Shown one piece after another: positions 16,650-31,289 of a stretch of DNA of 64,000 bases (positions are counted from its first letter, which is position 1; each line of letters starts with the position of its first letter). This DNA comes from Octopus sinensis. Its lineage: Eukaryota. The stretch spans positions 137,888,001-137,952,000 of the forward strand of contig NC_043000.1 in assembly GCF_006345805.1 (NCBI RefSeq), read 5' to 3'. The notes beneath the pieces are model-generated. The model saw only the letters and a list, made by a program, of their open reading frames with translations, was not told where the DNA came from and searched no databases. The position numbers and the translations under genes are program-made.

Positions 16650-16810
16650 ATTAATCAATGTTGGATCTGACATTGATTTGAAGGAAACACTTTTATACAT
16701 ACAGAAACTGTTGCTAGTCTTTGTCCAAATGCATGTGAAAACATTATCGAGACTTCTCAAAACGTATGCATTGGTCACCGATTAATATATCCGAATTTTA
16801 AAGTTTGAGA
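16650..16810 (+). pseudogene. Decayed CUB C-terminal half
   Basis: FEGNTFIHTETVASLCPNACENIIETSQNVCI resembles DG......ia.lCG.....i.S..N. Confidence 0.4.
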
Positions 16811-17129
16811 GGAAAAAATGAATGGTATTAAGTTTATTGTAGATTGGAGATTTTAGTCATAATTTACGACTTTAATTTGTATAATTCATGTGACATTTTG
16901 CGAAATTGGGTAAATAAACATTTACAAGTTATATGCAAGCACACAGGCGGAAATTATTCAGTGGTGTGCAACACTGGAAACTAAAAATTAACAAAGCGCG
17001 TATACTATTTGATTTTCATATCTCCTGTAGGCTGGAATATCATAAGGAAGATGATAAACACAAAGAAAGGAATAAATAAGATTCGTTTAGTTAAAGATTA
17101 CAAGATATAAACTAACTAAATAGAAATCA

Positions 17130-17480
17130 GCATGCATAAGGAGATAATATATTTGAATTCATGATGTTTAACATCGCAGTTTATTTCATTCTTACATTGC
17201 AGAATGTCAGTGGCTGATAACTCAGCCTAATACAATTGCTTATAAGATAATTTTGAAGTAAATGAATAAAGCATATCAAATAGAAACTCATAAAAATTCA
17301 ATTTTTATTCTTTATATAGTATACAGAAATACTTGAAGGATTTATGGACACGGATAATATTTCTGTGAATTTACAAAACAAAGTGCGAATTTAGAACTAA
17401 TTGAAATAAGTATTCATTGTGTAAATCTGTTTGTCACAAATACATCTGGTTGCTTTTGATAATACGTGAAGCTATAACGT
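17130..17480 (+). pseudogene. Decayed CUB domain
   Basis: LTSQF..., ECQWLITQPNTIAYKIILK*MNKAYQIETHKNS, then frameshifted YTEILEG. Spacing resembles tolloid/BMP1-type CUB. Confidence 0.55.
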
Positions 17481-18939
17481 AGTAATTCTGATATTTTGGT
17501 GTTTTTAACGACTGACATGATAAATCGGAATTACCAATGTTTTTTTTATTACCAGGAAACAATGCATTTTGAACAAATGCCATTCAAGCTTAATACGCGA
17601 AGAAAAAGAAACGAATTAACAACCAAAAATTGATTTAAATTATATTATCTATCACCAAATTGAAAGAGATCCTAACATTAGACTTCGATCATAAAACAGG
17701 TATATGCTTCGTTTCTGGTAAGCCCGCATTAATCTTTGACTCGTACTACACCGTTTGGTTCATCGATTTAAAATCTTAGGAACAGGCTTGCGGATACGGT
17801 CAAGTTGGAAAACAAAAATAATTCGAGAATGAATGATATTAGGAGTTTTGTAGTACCAAGGTAGACATTAGCTAGTTTCTTCAACGTTATATGGTGAAAG
17901 CTACGTAAAGTATTAGATGTCTTTTCATTAAGAAGTCTTTAATCAATGTATAGTTTGCAGTAACTTTTGTTACTATCGTCTTGTAACTATGGAACATATT
18001 TGGATTCATTTTAAATCACCAGGAAACACGATAGATAGATAAAAAGGGAGATAGATAAAGTGATAGTGAAAGTGCGTGAGAGAGAGAGAGAGAGGGAGAG
18101 AGAGAGAAAGAGAAAGAAAGACAGACAGACAGACGGAGACTAACATGCTGCAGGATATGACCATAGAAGCAGGAACTACAAAACCAAAGAATGAAGACCC
18201 GTAACTACTATGGTTAAGAAATGCTATACACTGTGAAAAGTTAAGATACAATAAAATGGTAAGTATCCTCAAAAAATACAATATTTGTACTATTGTTAAT
18301 GCAACGTATTTAAAAGCTATTGTTGCAACGTTCAAGACTATTTTCGACGAGAAACTTCAAAATAAAACGGACTCCAGTAATGAAGCCATAGTACATAACT
18401 CGTGGGTGGGGAAATATACATCTTGCGGCTACGAATTAAGTATCAATGCCAACAATTTGAACGCTACGGTCAGGTAATTAATATATCCGGTCAACTGCCT
18501 CGATAATTTCGCCAGCTTGTTTGCTGTATAGCTTCAGGCATTTCTTGCCTTCAAATATCACAAAGGTGAATAGCTCTGCAGTATATATATATATATATGT
18601 GTGTGTGTTTACATGCATCTGTGTGAAAGTCTCCGATAGAATGTATCAAACTATGTCACTTGTTTGCACGAGTATGTTATTATGCATTTGCGTGCGAATA
18701 TTTTCGGAGATTGATTTTTTTAGCATTTGTTTCGGAATGTGTGTGAAGTACTAACTTTATATATAAGTGTAGGTGCGTTTCTATGTATCAGTGTTTGGAT
18801 ATGTATAAACATTTGTATAAACATTGTGCGACAATAGCCTACAAATGCATGGATATGTTTGTATGTTAAATACATATATGCATACATATATATATATATA
18901 TATATATATACATACATACATACATATATATATACATAT

Positions 18940-19009
<70 letters not shown>

Positions 19010-19064
19010 GAATGTACATGTGCTTATATATACATATATGTATATGTATATATATATGTATATA

Positions 19065-20134
<1,070 letters not shown>

Positions 20135-20189
20135 AGCACATGTACATTCACACACTAATATACACACAATCTCGCACACATACGCACAC

Positions 20190-20350
20190 ACTAGAATATG
20201 ATGGGTTTCCACACTGTTTCCAAATTCACTAACATGGCCATGTTCGATCCGGAGCTGCAGAAGAAGTCACTTGCTTAAAGTGACACAAAGCAAGTCTGTT
20301 CCAGAAGCCAAGTAGTTGCAATACGAGCCTCTAAAACATACAACCAAACT
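20190..20350 (-). mobile_element. Degenerate 5' part of family B SINE
   Basis: Weak similarity to the reverse complement of 55835-56000 (caaattcact...gctgcagaagaagtcacttgcttaaagtgacac). Confidence 0.5.
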
Positions 20351-20474
20351 TGCGACTCTATCTCTCTATCTCTCTCTTAAGCACACACACACACGCACAC
20401 ACAGATCATGCACATACACAAATATATTAGTATACTCTAAAAGTTGGATATCTATGCATGTGCGTGTGTACATG

Positions 20475-20866
20475 TGGAAGCACTCCGTCGGTTACGACGA
20501 CGAGGGTCCGGTTGATCCGATCAACGGAACAGCCTGCCCGTGAAATTAACGTGTAAGTGGCTGAGCACTCCACAGACACGTGTACCCTTAACGTAGTTCT
20601 CGGGGATATTCAGCGTGACACAGAGAGTGACAAGGCCGGCCCTTTGAAATACAGGTACAACAGAAACAGGAAGTAAGAGTGAGATAAAGTTGTGGTGAAA
20701 GAGTACAGCAGGGATCACCACCATCCCCTGCCGGAGCCTTAGGTGTTTTCGTGGAGCTTTAGGTGTTTTCGCTCAATAAACACTCACAACGCCCGGTCGG
20801 GGAATCGAAACCGCAATCCTACGACCGCGAGTCCGCTGCCCTAACCACTGGGCCATTGCGCCTCCA
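20475..20866 (-). mobile_element. Young tRNA-derived SINE (family A)
   Basis: Head ggaggcgcaatggcccagtggttagggcagcggactcgcgg with B box ggtttcgattccc; near-identical to the copies at 28432 and 29473. Confidence 0.95.
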
Positions 20867-21224
20867 ACGTATGTACATAAATAGATGCACACTTACTATT
20901 ATGTGTGTGTGAATGTGTTTGTGCGTGAGAGTGTGTGTGTGTATGTGCGTGTGAGTACATAGATGTGGGTATAGATAAGTATGTATTATATACACATGTA
21001 TACTTACATTTTACATATAAATTTATATGACACATGCACGCCCACACACATACGAATATGAAATATACTGTATGCATATATTATATATAAGCATGTATGT
21101 GTATTCTTGCGCTTGTGCTAGCGTAATTTTGTATATGTATGAATACATGGAACTATGTATGCATTTGATTTCTCATCTGGTATGTTAGTGTATAACGCTA
21201 AACATGATTATAAGCGTACATCCG

Positions 21225-21460
21225 TGTATATTTGTAAATAAACTGACCTCTGGTTGGATTACTGTTGGCATTTAAAGGTGATCTGTAACTCCCTTTATCT
21301 AAAATAGCAATAATCGACTTTCCAGAAAGTACATTGATCTCAGAGTCAGAGTAGCTTCGGGCAAGCAGTCTACATTGACCATTGCCAGATTTCTTTCCAA
21401 CTGAAATCCCGTGACTTTTTTATGCCCACCCGGAACATCGAATGAATGTTATTAGTTATA
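21225..21460 (-). pseudogene. Decayed CUB domain (minus strand)
   Basis: FDVPGGHKKVTGFQLERNLAMVNVDCLPEATLTL, then LSGKSII, ELQITFK/ANSNPTRGQFIYKY. Confidence 0.5.
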
Positions 21461-22548
21461 AATAATTGCATTTTTCTGACGATCAGAATGTGTTACGAAT
21501 ATGAGGATGAGTGAAGTGATATAGAAAAATAAGAAAAGCAAGAGAACTACAACGTGATGTAGGGAAAAAATAAGGCAAAACAGGGGAGGAAGGCTAAATG
21601 AAAATGATCACAAATATCTCGCATGTAAGAACATATGATAAAGTTGAGTAATATCGATGGTGATGATGATATTAACATTAATGGTTATGACAATAAATAT
21701 TTGTAGTATTATATAATAAATCTCTGAACGAGGTATCACGTCAGGTCGACGATGGTAAGGATGGCTTCCCTTTGCAAATACTGATAGGGCACAGAAAGTG
21801 TGTCAATAGCCAGCTGGAGAAGATGTTCTTCTGGGGCTACAAGCTACAGTAGCATCAACCCTTAGTGGTTAGTCACATTTAAGTGGCAAATATACTTCAC
21901 ATTGTAGTATTAGAGTTATAATAGTAATCACATTTGTAATTATTTCAATAACTATTATCTTTTCAGTGGTCTATTATTACTTTCTAAGATGAGGAGAACA
22001 ACTCAGTTGTATTCAATATATCTATTCATTATAGATGTGTAATGCTACTATCATTATGCCATGTGTGTTGCCCATATTTGCAATGTCATCATTTCTCAGT
22101 TTGTTATCGTTTGTATTTACAATTCACAAATACAGCATATCTCTACTTCTAGTATCAATCAATGCTTTATTTCTTTACAGATACACCATATTTCATAATT
22201 ATCATCTGCTGAGACTTAAGTTTCGATTAGGAGATCCTTTCTTTGCCAATTGCTGCTTTGATCAATAGCCGACCTATCCCTGATCTCTTTTTGTAGCTTG
22301 ATATATCTTAGTGTATGGTTTCTGTGATTTCTTTGAGATTTAAGACATTTTCTAGTATTCTTTATTACACAGTCAAATATTGGTCTTACTGAAGTCGATT
22401 TAGTATGCTATTCTCTACCATACTTTTATCTTGCATATGTGCTCTTTTAGAATTTGTGTCTCATTTCTCTCGACAACTATTTTTATCTATTATTTCAGCC
22501 TCCGTTTTTTTCCTGAATTGAAAGCAGGAAACGGCATTACGTATTTTG

Positions 22549-22667
<119 letters not shown>

Positions 22668-22678
22668 ATATATTATAT

Positions 22679-22730
<52 letters not shown>

Positions 22731-23829
22731 TCTATTGTTTTATTACAAGATATTTCTATTACCTTTTGAATATTTTATAAATATATCCCAGTTGCATAAA
22801 ACTTCTGCCTTGCAATATTCCTGCTAAATAATATCAAATACAGTCTTTCTTTAACCGATTCTGAATGACGTATTCCAAAGTCAGCCATTAGTTCTTATAT
22901 TTTCTAATCAATTTTGCACATACCTGAGAATATTATACCTATAACGTATTAGAACAGCTTGGTGGTGACATTACTACCTGTCAGCTTACTTTTTCTCCTT
23001 ACATTTGGATTTATTTTAGGCATTAATATTAATGTAACGCATTTATAATATTCTTCCTTAAACTTTTCTTTTAACTCTGTGTTGCAGTATTTTTAGTTCA
23101 ACGATTTCTAAATATGTCTTAGTATGTGTTTCATGTAATTATTTCACCCCAGTTTCTTTAGCATGATGTTAGTGTTTTAAAAAATTTCTCTTCCTTTAGG
23201 TTGATTTTTCTAATTTTGATCTAATATCAATTCATCAAGTAAATCATTCAACTCTCTGCAGTGTAAAACTTACGGGTGTCTCATTAAAAAAAACAACTTG
23301 GCTGATTGCCTTCTCATTACATTTCTGTTCAATACGAGTCGAGTTTAAAATGTCTGTTAAATTGTGCCAGGAATGGGATGAAGAGTTAGATTTGTTACCT
23401 AGGCATATTTAACTTCTAGTGGCCATAGTTTTCATTTATGTAATTATATTTTATATTCTATACCTAATTTACAGTTAAAGTGCCTGCTTGTCATTGGTTC
23501 GATGTTATGCGTGGCGAAAATTTGCAGTATCCACATTTGAAGAACATTATAAAGTGATTCATGATAGGTAAAGTTTCTCATTCTAAATATCTAAGTATAT
23601 TTCTGTAATAGTTTTTGGTTATATCTTTGCTTATCGGTAATTGGCTTTTAGCACCATATGTGTATTTGTGGCATCCCATCGGTTCCTCTGTAAATAGCAA
23701 TTTTATTGTGTATTTAAGGCTGTGTAAATTTGTTGGAATGTACTGTACATGCTATATTTTATATAGGTATCGCACTCACTTCCGAAGCTCTACCGCGATG
23801 AGTAGATAGTTGTGAGTTAATTTATTCCG

Positions 23830-25125
23830 TTGACTCTCCAGTTTGAGATTTGCAAAAATATTTTGTAGACGGTACATTTCCTTCTTCAACATCCAAGCGC
23901 TGTTAATTCTCTTGTTCAGCGGATATTTCTTCGAGAACCGTAGTCCACTTGCAGTCCCTTTCGCACGGCAATTATTATTTCTTCTTGTTCAAACTTTTCT
24001 ATCCACTTCTTGATCTTAATTTGTCTGAGGTAATCAGTCAGTCTTTCTTCACTCACATTCTTCAGTTCATCATGTAAGTAATATTTTCCTCAGAGCTCTA
24101 GTAAACATTTTCTGTAGCCTCGATTCTCTGGTTCACTCCTAATATAAAATTCAAACAGCAATCTGTTCTCTTTTGTTCATATTACTCTCCTCTGCTGTTT
24201 TGGGTCAGCAGTAGCTTAATTACGACCGGGTCTGCGCTGTTGTTTCACAGGACATCTGTCGGACGTGACACATTTGCTAAAATCCCCAACCTCGTGGTTA
24301 TCATAAGGATTACACTTCATTTTAGACATTTCTTGCAGTCGTTCAGTACTATTCTGTCTATCAGTCGTTGGTCATTTGTCCCTCGGCTTTTCCTTCTGCA
24401 CCCTTTCTGCTCTACTGGCAGTTTTTCATTCATTTCCAGGAAGTTATACACATAATTAGATATTCCTGTCATCAGCTTCCACATAAGGGGCAGACAGGCG
24501 ATAGACCGATAATTATCCACTGCACTGCCTTTGCTGGGATCCTTTTGGCAAAGAATTGTTTTTCCTGTGGCCAGCCACTTTAGGGTTTGTACACCGCTGT
24601 TGATCATTTTATCCATTTGATGTTTTTATTCTTCTTTGTAGTGCTGGGAACTTCTTCAGCCAATATCCTTGTGTCCCATCCGGTCCGGGGCATTTCCAGT
24701 TTGGGATCTTTGGTGTCTGTTTGGTTACAATTTCAGTCGTTATTCTAATATTACTCTGTTTCACTTCATAGTTTTCCGACCTTAATTCCTTCAACCATTT
24801 ACCATCTTTGTTATGCTTCCTTCCATTATCCCAGATATTACATCAAATTCTTTTACTTTCTTCAGCGTCTGATCTCTCACTGCTGTTAACCTTTTCATTC
24901 AGCTGTTGATAAACCCTTTTCTGGTCTTGATGGGACAATCTGTTGATTTTATATTGTTCAAATCTTAAGTCATACCTCTTGATCTTTGTCGTTTTATCCT
25001 GCAATTTTTGTTCCAGCTCTCCAAGAACTACATTTAGCCCCTTTTCTTTATCCTATATCTTCGTTCTAGTTCCTCCCTCGTGGTTTCACTTTTTTCTTTC
25101 TTTCCAAGATGTTGATAAGCTTTCA
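23830..25125 (-). mobile_element. R4/Dong non-LTR retrotransposon fragments
   Basis: 24317-24794 encodes NWKCPGPDG, WLATGKTILCQKD, NYRSIACL, EQKGCRRKSRGTNDQ. The 23830-24290 part resembles an R4 N-terminal region, possibly from a second copy. Confidence 0.85.
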
Positions 25126-25289
25126 TAGTTATCATGATTGTGATCATGATCATCATTGAAAATTTATCTCCTCCAAAAATATGGCTACAAGGCGTAAAAT
25201 ATCATTTAATCCGTTTTACTTCCTAAACATGTAGAATACAATGGATAATGCCATCCTGAATATATTCTTACCAAGTGCATAACAGACAG

Positions 25290-25768
25290 AGCTAGCGCAG
25301 CTGTCCATGGATGGAAAGCTGGCTACCCGCATGGTTCATGGTCTCAAGAATTTGTCTTATGAAGAAAGGCTGAAGACGCTCGACCTTTATTCTCTAGAAA
25401 AACGCCGCCGCCGTGGTGATCTCATTCTCGCTCACAACATCATAAGCGGAAACTATAACCTCTCGAAAGAGCTGTTCTTCACTCCTGCTCCAGAGCGTCG
25501 GCTGCGGGGTCATTCCGAAAAGCTCTATCTGTGGCGATTTCATCTCAATCGAAGGAGAGGGGCTTTCTCCGTCCGGGTTGCGGATCCGTGGAACAAGCTG
25601 CCAGACGAGATGGTGAAGATGCCGACGACCGTTTTGTTCAAAGTCTCCCTTGATTTCAAGTGGCCTGAACTCTTTACATGAACACCACCCTGTACATAAC
25701 TCCACGTCTCCCTACATGGCCTTGCTTTTTGCTTTTTGAGCCAAAAAATTAACTAACTAACTAACTAA
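25290..25768 (+). mobile_element. 3' fragment of CR1/L2-type LINE
   Basis: LSYEERLKTLDLYSLEKRRRRGDLI...FSVRVADPWNKLP; (TAAC)n tail. Confidence 0.9.
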
Positions 25769-26829
25769 GGTATCGATACATACATCAACCACGAATTTTA
25801 AAAAGTTCAGAATTAATAATTAAAATGTCAAAAGTGTACAAAATGCTTACATGTAGGAATCAAAAAATGAGCTACTAAATAGTCATTCGACTGCTTAAAG
25901 ATAGTAATACATTCCCCTCTCTTTACAGCCTGCAGTCGTATAAATTACATAACGTATCAGATTAAATATGTGAAACTACAACAGCAAAGCATTTTAAACT
26001 TATAGTGAACTATGCGATTGTTGCAGCCGTGAACTACGTCACAACTTGTAGCAATGAACATCATTAGTACTTGCGAGCAAACGAGGGAATCCTTTAGATA
26101 CTCACTCGATTAGCTAGAAATAGTAGCTAATTTATCTGTAAAGCACAACCTAACATTATCAAAAGACAATGAGATATTAGTTGATATAGTTGTTATAAAA
26201 TAATAAAGTATAGTTAAGAAAAGAACTCCTTTTAATCGTATATCTTATCATTAAGGGGTCGTCTGAATATATACCAAAATAAAGGGATGAAAATAAAGTC
26301 AACATTGGTACGTTTAAATTGCAGAGAATATTGTAGAAAGTCAATAACAATTAGAATGTCAAAAATATACAAAATTTATACAAGTACGAACCAACTAAAG
26401 AGCAATTATATGGTCGTTCGGTCACGTAAAGATAACAATACAATTTACCTCTCACCTCATCCTACACTTTTATAAAAATACAGTAAGTCATTATATGTAA
26501 TCTAATGATATTCCAACTCAATAGGTCTACATATGCGAGAAATTACTGTCTTGGCCACAGACACGAAGTTGTAGTGATAGGATAGATACTGGTAAATTTT
26601 CGACTGGCGATCTGTATCTTCAAAGACTTAGCCATCTGCACTGTCTTATCAATCTCAGAACATATATAATTATCTATCAATATGTAATGAAAGTAAATAA
26701 GTAAGTAAATAACTATTGATTTTCTAAGTTAAATGTTTTGCTAGATAGATCTACACGGTGTTAATAACAATGCACATAACAACACCAAACTAATTACAAC
26801 CACAAGACAATAGCTTAAAACAACATATA

Positions 26830-27170
26830 TTATTGTATAAGTGGTGGGTGTGAAATAACAACATTATCGAATACTTGGAGGATGTAAATATAAATTGGTT
26901 TATAGAATGGCTGAAACTTTGCAAATTCAATCTCACATAATTACCATTTCCTCGATAAGTATACTAATTAATAGCTACTTATTTTGAAATTAATTGAGGA
27001 AGTGTTCAACTTTTGAATAACTCGATTTTCTACATTCGAATTCATATTATTAATGACAAACTTGTTGGCGAAATGGGGAGTGGAGTATGTGAAATTTGTC
27101 AATAACTTTATCGATATGCCAAGCGGTCATTTAAAACTTTTATCGTATATAATATGAATGAAATAAATAC
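26830..27170 (+). pseudogene. Possible decayed CUB domain
   Basis: NYRILGGCKYKLV, then YFEI..KCSTFE*LDF and NDKLVGEMG, across frameshifts. Confidence 0.3.
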
Positions 27171-27489
27171 CTGTCATAAAAATGAGGATGCCATCTACTT
27201 TGGTACATGATTCCCTGTTATTAAATGGGTGTATTTATATTTGAGAAGGAAACTGTATGATACGTTGGTGTTGTAAATATTATTTAATATCATATCATCG
27301 TGGTATGTAGACAGGAATATAAGTACTAACATAGCCAATAATGAAAGCGCTATTTTAACACCACGCTACATTATAAAGAAATACATTATCAGAACCAACA
27401 TTTCGTAGCTACTAAAATTACTCAAGTAATACACTAATAGATGTTTGCATTTAAACATGTATTAGATAAAGAAACAGCATTTCAATTTA

Positions 27490-27830
27490 AAAACATGATA
27501 GCGTTTGTGACTTCAAAATTCTATTCAGTGTACTTCGAAATTTAGAAATATGACATAGCAATAAATTGAAAAATATGCGAAGACTATGCTTCATAGACAT
27601 TTGGTCTGTCACTTGTATGCATTCAGATATCTCTCATTCAATTTTAGAATTTGAAACGTATGCGCGTATATCAAATGAATAACGATATCTTGAAGTCATG
27701 TGAAAAATGCATCCCTTTTACGCATTCAGCTGTTACATCATGGACAAAATCAAACATTCATTCCAGTTTAACATGAGAAACGATGTGTTCAGATCCAACA
27801 AATCTCGAAAAGCATTTTCTTTCGAGGATC
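27490..27830 (+). pseudogene. Decayed CUB domain (tolloid-like spacing)
   Basis: FVTSKFYSVY..KIC, QISL.QF/LEFET, VCAY, RYLEV, FNMRNDVFRSNKSRKAFSF, all in correct order. Confidence 0.55.
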
Positions 27831-27924
27831 GATGAAATAAATCACTAAAACGATGTTAAGGCGTCAGAGTATATATATATATGTACTCCGCGTCTGCAAT
27901 AAAGGTTTTGTATAAAATAACTGG

Positions 27925-28070
27925 ATTGTCACGACTGGATAGTCTTGTTGGCCACAGCTGCTATGAGAATGCAAAAACTAAATTTGTATCGAACCAATGA
28001 AACCTTTTGCCTAGTCACTCTGACTGAAACACGTAGCAATTGAATTTCTCTCAGATCACTTACTGATATC
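27925..28070 (+). pseudogene. Decayed CTLD N-terminal half
   Basis: C..TG*/LVGHSCYE, ETFC, LVTLTE, IEFLSDHL matches CP.GW...SCY, A..FC, LV.I...E..FL. Confidence 0.5.
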
Positions 28071-28431
28071 CTATCGTCTAACATCTGAATAGAATGCGTT
28101 TAAAATGTTGTCTATATAAACGAAAAAGACGAGAAAATATGCGTCTGTGTATGTCTCTGCATCTCTGTTTATATAAGCATACAGATAAGTACTTTATGAG
28201 TAAAGAAGTGTTGATTGTTACAATACCAGTCAAATAAGCGAGGTTTACTGAGTTGTTTAACACGGGATTCGCTTTGTCATTTATTCGAAACAGCATTATA
28301 TATTTACTTAAAAAGGAAAGCTTACCAGTTGAATTTATAAAAGTAATAATCTAAGTTTCAATGATGTCATGTACATCAATGTACATTTAATATACTGATA
28401 CAATTATTAGGCAGCTGCACTGTGTAATACT

Positions 28432-28820
28432 GAGATGGAAGCACTCCGTCGGTTACGACGACGAGGGTTCCAGTTGATCCGAATCAACGGAACAGCCTGC
28501 TCGGGAAATTAACGTGTAAGTGGCTGAGCACTCCACAGACACGTGTACCCTTAACGCAGTTCTCGGGGATATTCAGCGTGACACAGAGAGTGACAAGGCC
28601 GGCCCTTTGAAATACAGGTACAACAGAAGCAGGGAGTAAGAGAGAGAGAGAAAGCTATGGTGAAAGAGTACAGCAGGGATCACCACCATCCCCTGCCGGA
28701 GCCTCGTGGAGCTTTAGGTGTTTTCGCTCAATAAACACTCACAACGCCCGGTCTGGGAATCGAAACCGTGATCCTACGACCGCGAGTCGGCTGCCCTAAC
28801 CACTGGGCCATTGCGCCTCC
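28432..28820 (-). mobile_element. Young family A SINE with TSD
   Basis: Full length; 13-bp TSD actgtgtaatact (28419, 28821). Confidence 0.95.
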
Positions 28821-29147
28821 ACTGTGTAATACTACGGTTGTAAATAATGAGGCTATATAATATATACGTGGTCAGAGAAACATGGAAATAGTTGTACGTA
28901 CGTTTTGACTCTCATTAGGTTCTTCGTGAGTAACTTTCATTATCCACTCATAAAACAAGTAATATTAAGATTTGCAATAACCTGGATTAGCAAATTTGCC
29001 TATTTAAATTTTTTTCTAGGCAGCTAGATCAATTATTAACTTAGTAATGAAATAGTGGCCTCGTGTCAAAAATTGGAACCATTAAATTGTTATAGATTTG
29101 AGAGTGTTTAATATCCTTTTCATAACGTGTATAGATTTATTCTACAG

Positions 29148-29470
29148 CAGATATGGTTTCTAGTAATCTGTAGCAATGAAACGAAACACTGTTAAGACAT
29201 AAATAAACCAAATTTTAAATACATAAAAGAATGTGATGATTGAGTAAACCCCTGTATGCAAGGTAAATATAAACTAGTTTCACAGTGAGGAAACAGAGAA
29301 AATCAACGGGACACATGGATCGAGTGAAGGTAAGAGAAACAGATGTGGAGAACAGAATGAGATAGAAACATGGAAAATATGTTTAGCTGTGTAATATTTT
29401 ACTGTATTTTATGTGCGTGAATATTAAACGACTGGGGTTATATTGTTAAGAGGAGATATTTATATACAAG
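29148..29470 (+). pseudogene. Decayed complete C-type lectin domain in a single frame
   Basis: After acceptor ttctacag, one frame reads IWFLVICSNETKHC*...CDD*VNPCMQGKYKLVSQ*GNRENQRDTWIE*R*EKQMWRTE*...SCVIF...LNDWGYIVKRRYLY. The spacing WND-x2-C-x5-YIC is preserved, with C changed to Y. Confidence 0.6.
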
Positions 29471-29472
29471 GG

Positions 29473-29857
29473 GTGGAGGCGCAATGACCCAGTGGTTAGG
29501 GCAGCCGACTCGCGGTCATAGGATCGCGGTTTCGATTCCCAGACCGGGCGTTGTGAATGTTTATTGAGCGAAAACACCTAAAGCTCCACGAGGCTCCGGC
29601 AGAGGGTGTTGGCGACCCCTGTTGTACTCTTTCACTACAACTTTCTCTCACTCTTACTTCCTGTTTCTGTTGTACCTGTATTTCAAAGGGCCGGCCTTGT
29701 CGCTCTCTGTGTCACGTTGAATATCCCCGAGAACTGCGTTAAGGGTACACGTGTCTGTGGAGTGCTCAGCCACTTACACGTTAATTTCACGAGCTGGCTG
29801 TTCCGTTGATTCGGATCAACCGGAACCCTTGTCGTTGTAACCGACGGAGTGCTTCCA
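29473..29857 (+). mobile_element. Young family A SINE with TSD
   Basis: Full length; 11-bp TSD atatacaaggg (29462, 29858). Confidence 0.95.
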
Positions 29858-30055
29858 ATATACAAGGGAAAGGGAACTGAATTATATGGTAATACTAGAC
29901 AACCCGTGACCCATTTGGTCACCGGGAAAGTCTGAGTTTCCCAGCAATGGGGTTCTGTTCCGTGTTTTCTCCCCTTCTGGGTTATTTTGCATGCTTTCAA
30001 CGAATGTGGCATCGAAATCACGCGTAAACAGCTCCTTTCTTCAGAAAAAGAATGA

Positions 30056-30164
30056 TTTGGCTGCTATTTCTTGCACACCTTGCTACTACGTAACAAGTAT
30101 TTCAAGTGCTTTATCGCAAATAGCTATTACGTGGTAGTAGGGTCTGCTAGAAATAGCAGCCAAA
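30056..30164. repeat. Imperfect palindrome (~47-bp arms), MITE-like
   Basis: tttggctgctatttcttgcacacc...ggtctgctagaaatagcagccaaa. Confidence 0.75.
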
Positions 30165-31289
30165 CCTTGGAGGTGAGATACGTTGAACGCCCTTGAAAAA
30201 ATCCAATTGAAAAAAATTATATGTCATTGAGATTACGAACGGATCTTCTTCGAAATATTTACTGCTTTTTAAAAGTCATTTTCACTTTAAAATACTTTTT
30301 AACTATACCAAAAAAAAGTTCTGTAATGGTATTCACTTGAAAATATTTTCAGAAAACATAAAAATATTGTGTATTTAAAGAGAGCTAAAATATAAATACT
30401 GTACAAACAACTTACATGTTTGAAATCACATTCACTTAAAAACATTTCTAAATGATTAAAATATTGTGTTTAACAAAAGCTAAAATAAGAACAAATTGTA
30501 TTTTGTCGTTGTCAAGTCAATGTGTCTAATCGAAAGGTAAGAGTTTCTTCCCTTTCAGGGTTAAGTTATTTGCGGAATATTTTCCCATTATGCACCGTTC
30601 CGGGAATTTATACCGCCGGAAACCCCTAATCTCAACAATCACTTGTCAGATTTAAGCGAAATTTGTTTGATTCCGTTCGTATTCACATCTCGTAGGGGGT
30701 TTATTTCATAGTATGTTCCCATTCTGCGCCAGTTTGTCAGGGTTTCATTGCCAGCAAGTAGCAGGCAAGCAAGATTCAAGCTCATTTTAAATGTGTTATA
30801 GATAACTTAGCTCAGAGGAAAACGTCGACGGAAAAAAAAAGAATTGGAGGCAAAACAAAAATGACTGCGGAAAAGGAGTGTAAGACAATAGATAGTTGCT
30901 ATAATTTTATTAGAGAGTGGTATCAGAAAATATAGTTATAATAGAATGCACCATAAGGTATTATATTATAAAACAGTTCAGACCCTGAACTGCGAACGAA
31001 CTTTTCTAATCTACTAATCAGATGCTCGAGATATCTCAGGTCTTGCAATGATCACTACATTAAGTAATATATGTTTTTATTAAGTACAATTAAACAAATG
31101 TTTCATATATATATATATATACATGCACGCAGCTACATACACACATGTATATAAAAACATATGTGAATATATTTGCCTGTGTAAATATATGTATACATAT
31201 TCCATTTATTGCGTTTGTAGGAAGGGTATAAGCAAGGCTTTGTGAGAATGGTGCAACCATAAATGTACCGATAACCATTTGTAGGTCAA

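Noticed and set aside
20800-20866. tRNA-like sequences at SINE heads
   Set aside because: They belong to dispersed SINEs, several with TSDs, and are not tRNA genes.
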